This document shows, piece after piece, positions 53,667 to 64,000 of a stretch of 64,000 nucleotides of DNA. The notes below the pieces were generated by a model, which was given only the letters and a program-made list of their open reading frames with translations, made no database searches and was not told the DNA's origin. The stretch spans positions 22,446,001 through 22,510,000 of the forward strand of contig CM075988.1 of the NCBI GenBank assembly GCA_038087875.1. Direction: 5' to 3'. Positions within the stretch are counted from its first letter, which is position 1; each line of letters opens with the position of its first letter. The stretch comes from Malacoraja senta (Eukaryota). The position numbers and the translations under genes are program-made.

Positions 53667-53955
53667 TGCAGCATGGAAATAGGCTCTTCGGCCCATCGCG
53701 TCCAGGGCGACCTTCAATCACCCGTACACACCGGTTCTATGTTTCACCCATTTTCTCATCCATTCGCTACACTCTACGGGCAATTTGACAAAGGCCACAA
53801 ACTGGCATGTGGGAGGAAACCGGAGCATCAGGAGAAAACCCACGTGGTCACAGGGAGAACATGCAAACTTCACGCAGACAGCAACAGACTTCAAAATGGA
53901 ACTGGGGCCTCTGGTGCGGTGAAGCAGGTCTACCAGCTGAGCCACTGTGCTGCCC
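53667..53955 (-). mobile_element. V-SINE/HE1-like SINE, diverged
   Basis: ggaggaaaccggagca...gaaaacccacgtggtcacagggagaac core. Confidence 0.7.
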
Positions 53956-54123
53956 TGAGACCAGTGAACATCAGGAATACTCGACCTCCAAGGGTAGTGG
54001 ATGCCACAGATATATTCAAGGTGGAGATGGATAAACATTTGAATGGAGGTTTTTGGGGAACTGCCTCAGGAGAGGAGTGGAGGGCAGCATAGATCAGCAA
54101 TGATTCCATTGAACGGTTGGGCA

Positions 54124-54298
54124 GTCCGCCCCCCTCTGCGCGTCCGCCCCCCTCTGCGCGTCCGCCCCCCTCTGCGCGTCCGCCCCCCTCTGCGCGTCCG
54201 CCCCCCTCTGCGCGTCCGCCCCCCTCTGCGCGTCCGCCCCCTTCTGCGCGTCCGCCCCCCTCTGCGCGTCTGCCCCTCTGCGTGTCTGCCCCTCTGCC
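54124..54298. repeat. 18-bp GC-rich minisatellite
   Basis: (GTCCGCCCCCCTCTGCGC) x8 plus two degenerate units. Confidence 0.95.
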
Positions 54299-55280
54299 TC
54301 TCTGTAGGATAGTGCTAGTGTACAGGGATCTCTGGTCAGCATGGACCCGGTGGGCCGAACGACCACACTGTTTCCACACTGCATCCCTAAAGCCAGCTGT
54401 GGCACCTTTGATAGCACACACAACTGAGTCCCCAATTGGTGGGTTCAAGACCCACTCTAGAGAAACAAGCACAGCTTTTGTCAGTGTAGTAGTTAGTGCT
54501 AATTGAAGACAGGGAACAAGGTTAAGACACAAGCAAACAAATGTTAGAAAGTGGGTGCTTAAAAAGTATTTGTTTTGCACAGAGAACTGAATTTTCTGTT
54601 AGAAAGCATTGTTTCAACAGGCCAAAAATATTTAATGAAAGATGATCCAGTGGTATGACAATTCCCCTCTAGATATTGCACTCCAAATATCAGACAAAGC
54701 CTTTTATTAAGGGTGGATGTCTGACTCACTCTCTAGCGAGCCTATTTGCTTTTAAGCTCCTTGCATGATGGGTTAGAGGATGCTGTTCTGGTCATTAACA
54801 ACATTGATGCCAACACCACATTCCAATCATTAAACCTCAGCCTTCTTAAAAAGCACACTCGCATAATTTAATCAGAAATGTGAAGCTACTGTTCCAAACC
54901 CTTTTATGCGAGCTTTTCAGATTTTTTTTTTGCTAAACTCTCACTGCAATCCTGTCCTTTACTGCCACCTTGTCAAAGTCGTGCAAGTGTTTGTTCGCTG
55001 CTTGCCATTCTTTTTCAGGCAAACAATCCTTACAACTTGCTTTTATTCCATTGAAGCCAGCTCAGCAAACTCCAAGCTTATTAAAAGCAGAATACATTTT
55101 ATGGCAATGAATTGGGAACAAACTTCCCAGAAAAGTGCACGTTAGTTCTGCTGTGTTGCAGTGGCAGAAAAAGATGTAAAATTATAAAATGTTGCTCCCA
55201 AATCAGGATATTTTAGCCTTCAAGATAGTAATAATCTCTTGCTCGATCCAGGCACATTTTACAGAATGCATCATCTTTTT

Positions 55281-55802
55281 AGAAGGATGAGAGGGTATCT
55301 CATTGACACATATAAGATTGTTAAGAGCTTGGACACACTAGAGGCAGGAAACATGTTCCCGATGTTGGGGGAGTCCAGAACCAGGGGCCACAGCTTAAGA
55401 ATAAGGAGTAAGCCATTTAGAGCGGAGACGAGGAAATGCTTTTTCTCACAGAGAGTGGTGAGTCTGTGGAATTTTCTGCCTCAGAGGGCGGTGGAGGCAG
55501 GTTCTCTGGATGCTTTCAAGAGAGAGCTAGATAGGGCTCTTAAAAATAGCGGAGTCAGGGGATATGGGGAGAAGGCAGGAACGGGTTACTGATTGAGGAT
55601 GATCAGCCATGATCACATTGAATGGCTCGAAGGGCCGAATGGCCTACTCCTGCACCTATTAGAAACATAGAAAATAGGTGCAGGAGTAGGCCATTCGGCC
55701 CTTCGAGCCTGCACCGCCATTCAATGTGATCATGGCTGATCATCCAACTCAGTATCCTGTACCTGCCTTCTCTCCATACCCCCTGATCCCTTTAGCCACA
55801 AG
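55281..55802. mobile_element. Two CR1 3' ends tail to tail (+ 55281-55660, - 55661-55802)
   Basis: ...ggcctactcctgcacctatt | agaaacatagaaaataggtgcaggagtaggcc... Confidence 0.85.
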
Positions 55803-57682
55803 TCTATTATCTTCATCATTATAAGTTCTAGGAGCAAAATTAGACCATTTTGCCCATCGTCTGCTCCACCATTCAATCATAGCTGATCTATCTTTCCCTA
55901 ACAAACCCCCATCTCTTCCTTTTTACCCATAACCCGTGACACCCTAATCAAGAATCAGTCAATCTCCAACCTTAAAAATACCCAATGACTTGGCCTCCAC
56001 AGCCATCTGTGGCAATGAATTCTATAGATTCACCACTTTCTGACTAAAGAAATCCCTCTTCATTTCCTTTTATTCTGAGGCTCTGGCCTCTGGTCCTAGA
56101 CTCTCCCACTAGTGGAAACATCCTCACCACAATCACTCCATCCAGGCCTTTCACTATTCGTTAAGTTTCAATGAGGCTCCCCCCCGTCATCCTTCTAAAT
56201 AGCAGCGAGTACAGGCCCAGTGTCGTCAAACGCTCATCATACGTTAACCCAATCATTCCTGGGGTTATTCTCGTAAACGTCCTCTGGCTTCTCTCCAATG
56301 CCAGCACGTCGCTGCTCAGATATGGGGCCCAAAACGGCTCACAATACTCCAAATATGGTCTGACCAGTGCCTCTTAAAGCCTCAGCGTTACAATCCTGTT
56401 TTGATATTCCAGTCCTCTCTAAATAAATGTTAGCTATCTGCTTCTCTGTGCTCTGAACCAGTGCCCTATATTCCCCCGCGCCTAAGTTTCTGAAGAGCGT
56501 TCCTGTCGGGACAATAGCATAACCTACATTTATAAAGCGCCTTCAAAGGAGCAAAAAAAAAATCAGCCCAAGGTTTCTCTCGTGTGTGTTACAAACAAAA
56601 TACTGCCCCGAGACACATGAGTCTAGCTTAGTTTATTGTCACAGGTACAGTATCATTTGTCATTTAAGGTACAGTGAAAAGCTTTTTTGTTGCATGCTAT
56701 CCAGTCAGCGAAAAGACTATACACGATTACATTCAAGCCATCCACAGTGTACAGATGCAGGGTAAGGTATCACGTTTAGTGCAAGATAAAGCCCAGTAAA
56801 GTCCAATAAAGGATGGTCTGGCAGTCTCCAAAGTGGAATATTGGGACAGATGTCCAAGAGCATCCCAAATACAGCTGGAGATTGGGGGAAAAGTTCAGGG
56901 AACAAGATAGGGCTGACAGGAGAAGAAACCTCTTCAGCCGATCTTTGGAATTCCCCAAGCTACAGCTCTGTGGTTGCTCAGTTGAGTAGAGTCAAGCACC
57001 ATAGAATCACCGAGACATACAGCAAGGAAACAGGGCCTTCTTCAAGAATCATAGATTCACAGCAGGGAGACCTTTCGGCCCACAATCTGCACCCACCATC
57101 AACCACGACAACCCTTCACGTTCTCACTAACTCCCCCAGTTTCTACCACTTTGCCCGCGCACTATAGGGGCAATTAACAGGGGCCAGATAACCTATCACT
57201 ACCTGTGGGTCTTTGGGGTGTGGGAGGAAACCAGGGCACCAACATGAAATGCACATTCCCCACTTGCAAACTGTCTTTCTTATAAGCAGTTCTCAGGAAC
57301 AGGACCCAGTTATAAGCTGGGGAGAACCTGTACTAATATTTATTCTGTAAGGGAGCCAGGAAAGTGTTGCTGAAGTTATGATCAGATCAGCCATGATTTA
57401 CATTTAAAAAAAAAGAGATACAATGTGGAGACAGGCGCTTTGTCCCAATGCATCCATGCCAACCATCGATCACCTACCTGTACGGTAGTTCTATGTTACC
57501 CCACTTTCACAAACTAGGGGGCAATTTACCGTGACCAATTAACCTACAAACCTGCACGCCTTTGAGGCGTATGAGGAAGCCGGAACACCCAGAGAAAACC
57601 CACGCGGTCACAGCGAGAACGAACAAACTCTGTACAGACAGCGCCCATTGTCAGGATCAAAGCCGGGTCTCTGGCTCTGTAA

Positions 57683-58367
57683 AGGGCCTGTCCCACTTAC
57701 GTGTCCTTGGCATGCTAATTACGCGACCTCGTGGTCGCGTTGAGGCGCGACGGTCCCGCGCGATTTCATGCGTCCGCACAGGCGTCTGGAGCGCGTGACG
57801 TCATTTGAAGATGGACACAAAATGCAGGAGTAACTCAGCGGGACCGGCAGCATCTCTGGAGAGAAGCAATGGGTGATGTTTCGGGTCGAGACTCTTCTTC
57901 AGTCTGAAAGAAGGGTCTTGACCCGAAACGTCATCCATTGCTTCTCTCCAGAGATGCTGCTAATCCCGCTGAGTTACTCCTGCATTTTGTGTCTATCTTC
58001 AATTTTCTTGGCCCCGCTCTGGGAGTAGACGTGGGGACGGATCCAGACCGCAACGGCCGTGAGCCCCAGGCCAAGCTCGGCGATCGTTTGCCTGCTTCTG
58101 CTGCTGTTGGAGGTGAGACGTTGCGTCGCGCCAGGGTCTTGGGCCTGTCCCACTTTGGCCGTCAGTTACGCGACAGGCCGTTGGCGCGCGAAGATTTCGT
58201 TCGCTACAAAAATGTAGGAGCCCCGCGCGATGTCGCGCACAACTACATACCCCTCCGCGCTTCTCAGTGGGACCGGCCCCGCGCGGCCACACGATGCCCG
58301 TGCGTCTCAACGCGACCACGAGGTCGCGTAATTTGCATGCCAAGGACACGTAAATGGGACAGGCCCT
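57683..58367. mobile_element. PIF/Harbinger-like MITE with ~65-bp TIRs, inserted in a V-SINE and carrying a Penelope-derived fold-back
   Basis: TIR agggcctgtcccacttacgtgtccttggcatg...; flanked by TAA/TTA; the host SINE rejoins as ctctgtaa|ggcagcaactctac. Confidence 0.85.
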
Positions 58368-59174
58368 TTAGGCAGCAACTCTACTGCTGCGCCACTGTCG
58401 CCCTCTTGTGTGCCTACCCAGCGATCACCTCCTCCAGTGTAAACACTGGCAGCCAGTAGCACGCTGAACCAGTACAGTGTGCATCTTGCTCGACTTTTCA
58501 CTATTTACGCAAAAGAAAGTTCCAATTAAGAATTAGCGCAAGGAGTCTCAATGTTCCAGAAAAATAATTCCACATTTAACAAACCTTTGCTCATTATCAT
58601 CTGAAGTGAAATGACTGACAGTCCCCTTTAAAAATGACCTCAGAAATAGTGGTTTCCTTTGTACCAGCCCAAGGCTTCACATGCTGTGCTCAGAACCTTC
58701 CAGCTAACAGCTGTTTCCACAATTGCCTTAATTATTCCTTTGCAAAAAAAGGGAGAAGAAATTCCACGATAAAACCTCAAAGCAGTCACGCCAAGTGGTG
58801 CTTAGTTACAGCCAACGGTTCTAATCAGTTACTTTGAAAGAACACGACATTGTTAGCAGGTCCATCCAAGCACTCCATGTTACATCCACCAGTCAGAGGC
58901 AAGCCCGTGATTAATATATTGCCTTTTAACAACCAGACATCCCCTCAGGCTTATGGTGGTACTCAGAAAAACTCCAAGGCATTACTATCCAACTTTTGGC
59001 AGTGCCGTCACTGATAAGATTAATAAGCGAGTCAAATGCACTGTATCGCGTGAGTTACACAAGCCCCAAAAAAAGCTTTCAGCTTTGTTCCAAACCCTGG
59101 ACATAGTGAGCCAAATGTTAGCCATTATAGCTGCCTTTGGAGTCGGAAGGTAGTAGGTTCAAGTCCCATTCTTA

Positions 59175-59492
59175 TAGCCCTGTCCCACGGTGCGAGTTCA
59201 TTCCAAGAGCTCTGAGTTTTAAAAATAATCAAACTGGTGGTAAGCACGGAGATTGAACGTAGCGGGTACGTCGGAGCTCGGGGACGGCTCTTAGCGCTAA
59301 CGGCAGGTACTCGGGAAGACTCGCTAACGGCAGGTAAGCACGGGAATACTCGTGAAGATTTTTCAACATGTTGAAAAATGTCTGCGAGAGCCCCGAGTAC
59401 CGACGAGTGGCCATTACCGTAAATCTCCGAGTTCGAATCAGGGCAAACTCGGGAGAACTCTTGGAATGAACTCGTACCGTGGGACAGGGGTT
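59175..59492. mobile_element. PIF/Harbinger-like MITE inserted in a Deu-type SINE head
   Basis: TIR ccctgtcccacggtgcgagttcattccaagag / ctcttggaatgaactcgtaccgtgggacaggg; TTA/TAA flanks; internal palindrome atttttcaacatgttgaaaaat. Confidence 0.8.
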
Positions 59493-59990
59493 TAAAGATC
59501 CTGAATGCAGAAATCTAGGCTGGCGTTTCAGCACATAGTGAGTATTAGTTTAGTTTACAGACACAGTGCAGAAGCAGGTCCTTCGGCCCTCCGAGACCGC
59601 ACCAACCACTGATCCCCAGACACAAACGGTATCCTACACACAAGGGACAATTTGGGCAAGAAATCCAAGTGATTAATCATTTCCAGCAGGATCACAAAAG
59701 TTGCAACAGAACTGCAGTCCTTCTTGTTGATGGGAGAACTCACCAAGAGAACAAAGTTACATTTTAATTAGCAGTACAACAGCAGGTCGTGTCCTGGCAA
59801 CTCGATCACTTTAATGCATTATTAAAGCTACTCAAAGAAGTTTGATAAATGAGTCAGTTTGATTGTAGCTGAGTGGGCCCCTGCCATTTATAACCCCAGG
59901 GCGCTCAGTGCCATGAAGTTCATGCAAGGACCTCTCGTTATCAGGAACTACAGTCTATTACTCTTGTTTGTTTCAAAACAGCTTGGCCTT

Positions 59991-60143
59991 GCCTGTCCCA
60001 CCTACGCGATTTTTTTCGGCGACTTGCCGGCACCCGTCAAATTTGACGAAAATTTTCAACATGTAGAAAATCTAGCGGCGACCAGAAAAAGGTGCGACTC
60101 TTTGGGCGACTACTCACGACCATACAGGCTTCACCCCGCGACA
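59991..60143. mobile_element. Truncated PIF/Harbinger-like MITE (left part only)
   Basis: gcctgtcccac start and internal sequence shared with 44973-45395; no right TIR seen. Confidence 0.65.
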
Positions 60144-60857
60144 TTATGAACTCTTTGCCAGCTTGACTGTCAGCTCACCCAGATCCATCCATCGGAGCTC
60201 AATTGTTATTAAAAAAATATTGAGGAGCCAAATTTCATGTTGGGTCGTGTTGGTTCTTGTGAGATTACAATCCTCTGTCAATTGCGTGACTTCCACCCAT
60301 TCCCAGTGGGAGGTTGTGTAAGAAGGAACTGCAGATGCTGGTTTAAAGCGAAGATAGACACAAAAAGCTGGAGTAACTCAGCAGGACAGGCAGCATCTCT
60401 GGAGAGAAGGAATGGGTGCTGGTTCGGGTCGAGACCCTTCTTCAGACTTGTGGGAGGTCGGCGTTTTGCAACTGACCAGGAATTAATTTACTGATCCAGG
60501 ATGAGATGAGCGCATCTCGAGGCGTTTTACAAAGATTCTTGCACCGTCAGGCAAATCTTAGTCTTGTTCTGTAACTTCAGAAAGGGACATTGCGATAACA
60601 TCACTTTAAACAGCAGGCGTGGAGGTGATTGAATCATTCCCTGGCCAATCAAGCATGATGACCCGACCACTGCAGGTGACTCATGTACGACATTTAAATG
60701 CAATTATCCTTCACCTTGGTATAAAAATGCAAATTGTCCCCAGTCTGTGAAGGATAATGTGCTGGGTCGACGCGGACTCGGTGGGCCGAAGGGCCTGTTT
60801 CCGCGCTGTATCTCTAAACTAAAAACGAAACCCATTCACACGTCCTCTGCCTCTTAC

Positions 60858-60912
60858 CTTCCCCAGTGGGTGGGGACCATCCACCGTCTTCCCATCATCA
60901 TCCGGACCCCAG
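60858..60912 (-). CDS. PCSK7: PCSK7 internal coding exon (55 bp)
   Basis: gtccacag|C TGG GGT...GGG AAG|gtaaga. Translates (S)[20 protein letters not shown]+C completes the Ser codon across the intron. Confidence 0.96.
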
Positions 60913-61036
60913 CTGTGGACAACAAGGAACAGGAAACCTGTGACAGGCAAGTTGTTGGAGGGACAAGAGACACAAGCAGACTCCTTCATCTCCGCAATGA
61001 TAGTGTTGCATTTTAAACAGCAGCAAATCTCTAATA

Positions 61037-61590
<554 letters not shown>

Positions 61591-62280
61591 ATGTTTTCAT
61601 TGCGGGCAGGGTTCTGGAAGTGCAGTACCACACTGACTCCAATCTCCGAGTCCACTTTAGAACCACCATTTGGGGTGTGTACAGGAGCCACCACCAGACA
61701 TTTAAGAAAGAACTGCAGATGCCGGTAAAATCAAAGGTAGACACAAAATGCTGCAGAAACTCAGCGGGTGAGGCAGCATCAGACCCCAGACCAAAGGCTC
61801 CATCAGAAAGCAGGGTCTCGACACGAAACGTCACTCAATCCTTCTCTCCAGAGACGCTGCCTGTCCCGCTGAGTTACTCCAGCTTTTTTGTGTTTATCTT
61901 CAGCTCCATCAGGGACCAACCAGCTCCCAGCTCAGACACATAGCACAACCCGACCGCTTCCAAAACAAAAACTCACAGACGTGAAGTATTAAAAGCCTCC
62001 CTAAGTCAAGATTATTACAGCCCACCTGCCTCACAATGATACAGCATCTCCCACTGCCCCAGGTCCCATAGCAGAAGCGTCCACGTGGCGGGGCTGGAAA
62101 CTGGAAGTATCCTGAGGTAATTCTGCCACCACAATCATCTATTGCAACAAGTGATGGCTTCCACTGATTGTCGCCGGAAGCTCGCGTTCGTTTCAGGACG
62201 GACGATGACAGCGAGGTCAACATTTAAAACATGGAAGATGGACACGGAAGAAGAAGACGAGCCCAGTCAGGGATACAAAC

Positions 62281-62371
62281 CTGCAGCTGTAAATGTCGTT
62301 GATCTGAAAGTGTTTGTTGAAAGCAATGGCCTCGATGCTGTCGGTCAGTGGTCCATCCAGTACACGGATAC
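62281..62371 (-). CDS. PCSK7: Proprotein convertase subtilisin/kexin type 7, internal coding exon (91 bp)
   Basis: Minus strand reads tttccttccag|GT ATC CGT...TGC AG|gtttgt. Translates (G)[29 protein letters not shown](S), matching the PC7 catalytic domain; phase fits the next exon. Confidence 0.95.
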
Positions 62372-63575
62372 CTGGAAGGAAAGAACAATCCCGTCATGAG
62401 TTTACGTGATAGGAGCAGAATTAGGCCATTTGGCCCACGACGTCTACTCCACCATTCAATCATGGCTGATCCATCTTTCCCTCTCAACCCCATTCTCCCG
62501 CCTTCGTCCCATAACAATCAAGAAACTGACTATCTCCGCCTTGAAAATATCCATTGACGGCCTCTACTGCCTTCCGCGACAATGAATCGCATACATTTAC
62601 CACCCTCTGATTAAAGAAGTTCCTCCTAAAGGTATGTCCTTTTATTCTGAGGCTGTGGCCTCTGGTCCTAGACTCTCCCACTGGAGGAAATGAGTGGCAA
62701 AAAAACAGCACCAGGCAAACCTGGATGTGGAAGAGTCATGGACCTGAGGTATTAGCGCTGTTTGCCTCTCCACAGATGCTGCCTAACCCACTGAGTATCT
62801 CCAGCACTTTCGGTTTCTACTCCGGCATTGCGGCATCTGCAGAGTATTTTTGCTTTTCAATTACTGTTGATTTCACAACCACTTTTCTTCTGGAGAGGCT
62901 AAGCTTGAATAAACTCTGCAACAATTACCCAGGGCATTTGTCCAACTCTCTTGCCTTGAAGGTGTTCTGATGAAATGTCATCGACCTACAAGACACACTC
63001 TGTTTTTCCCTCCACAGGTGCTGTTCGACCTACTGAGTAACCCCAGAATTTTCAGAATTCATTTCCTGGCGAGAGGGGTAAAGTTTAAAGGAGATGCGTA
63101 CGGCAAGAACTAGAAGACATGGGTTTAAGACGAGAAAGGAAAGATTTAATAGGTACCCGACAGGCAACTTTTTCCCCACACAAAGGTTGGTGGGTATATG
63201 GAACAAGCTGCCAGAGGAAGTGAAAATGAAGAACTGCAGATGCTGGTTTGTACCAAAGACAGACACAAAGTGCTGGAGTAACTGTGGGTCAGGCAGCTTC
63301 TCTGGAGAAAATGGAGAGGTGATGTCTCGCATTAGAAAGAAGTCTTCATCATATCAGTCTGAAGGGTCCCAACCATAAACATCAACTCTCCATGTTCTAG
63401 TTGAAACAGGTACTATAACAACATTTAAAAGACACTTGGACTGGTCCATGGATAGGAAAGGATAAGGGGGATATGGTCCAATCGGCCGAATAGGACCAGC
63501 TCGGATGGGACATTGATCAACATGGCGAAGTTGTGATGAAAGGCCTGTTTCTGTGCTGTATGACTGTGACTGTGA

Positions 63576-63813
63576 AGGGCCTGTCCTACTTAGCGATTTT
63601 TTCGGCGACTGCCGGCATCATTGACTGACGTATCAGGTCACCAAATAAGTCGCAGCGTGACGACGTATTGACGCGCGGTGATTCCTCAAGTGTCGCAACA
63701 TTTGTTTTGTTGCCGCTGGGTTTTGAAATGTTCTAAATCTTTCGGCGACCCTGACACGTCAGTCAATGACGCCGGCAGTTGCCGAAAAAAAATCGCCAAG
63801 TGGGACAGGCCCT
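63576..63813. mobile_element. PIF/Harbinger-like MITE with long TIRs
   Basis: agggcctgtcctactt...aagtgggacaggccct with ~70-bp inverted arms (ttcggcgactgccggcatcattgactgacg / cgtcagtcaatgacgccggcagttgccgaa); TGA/TAA flanks. Confidence 0.8.
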
Positions 63814-64000
63814 TAAATCTCCCAACTATGAAGATCTCAAGGACATTTCAACAGTCAGCTTTCAACGGTAGACTTTGCAGTCAACAGCACCACCTGTTGG
63901 CCCAGCAGTGTGATGCTGCACCGACTGTGCCAGGTGTTTCATTGGCATTTGACCAGCCTGCTGTGTGGCCCATCCACTGCTTCTCCTTTGGGAACAGGAA

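Noticed and set aside
53930..54580. 216-aa ORF with RAEGGG repeats
   Set aside because: Read-through of the 18-bp minisatellite plus SINE sequence; no protein homology or splice support.
58560..59900. TAAT-rich unique stretches suggestive of conserved enhancers
   Set aside because: Conservation cannot be judged from one sequence; needs a multi-species alignment.

Overview
Repeat-dense vertebrate genomic DNA, not prokaryotic. The repeat content (tRNA-derived V-SINE/HE1-like SINEs, Deu-domain SINEs, CR1 and Rex1 LINEs, Penelope fragments) points to a cartilaginous fish, probably a skate; this is an inference. The only host gene I can support is PCSK7 (proprotein convertase 7) on the minus strand. 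Four internal coding exons (62281-62371, 60858-60912, 53236-53374, 47643-47743) have GT-AG ends and splice in frame into the subtilisin-like catalytic domain. I did not find the next exon (catalytic Ser, GTSAAAP) in the remaining 47.6 kb, so most of the window is probably one very large intron. That region holds a near-intact, probably chimeric CR1 LINE (12208-16378) whose ORF1 ends on an in-phase T-TTA-AAC slippery heptamer leading into ORF2. It also holds many short Penelope-derived repeats with a minimal hammerhead-ribozyme core (often fold-back, with 10-17 bp target duplications), hAT and PIF/Harbinger-like MITEs, GC-rich non-autonomous retroposons, and local duplications. Family names come from motif recognition, not database searches. 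Repeat boundaries are approximate unless a TSD is given.
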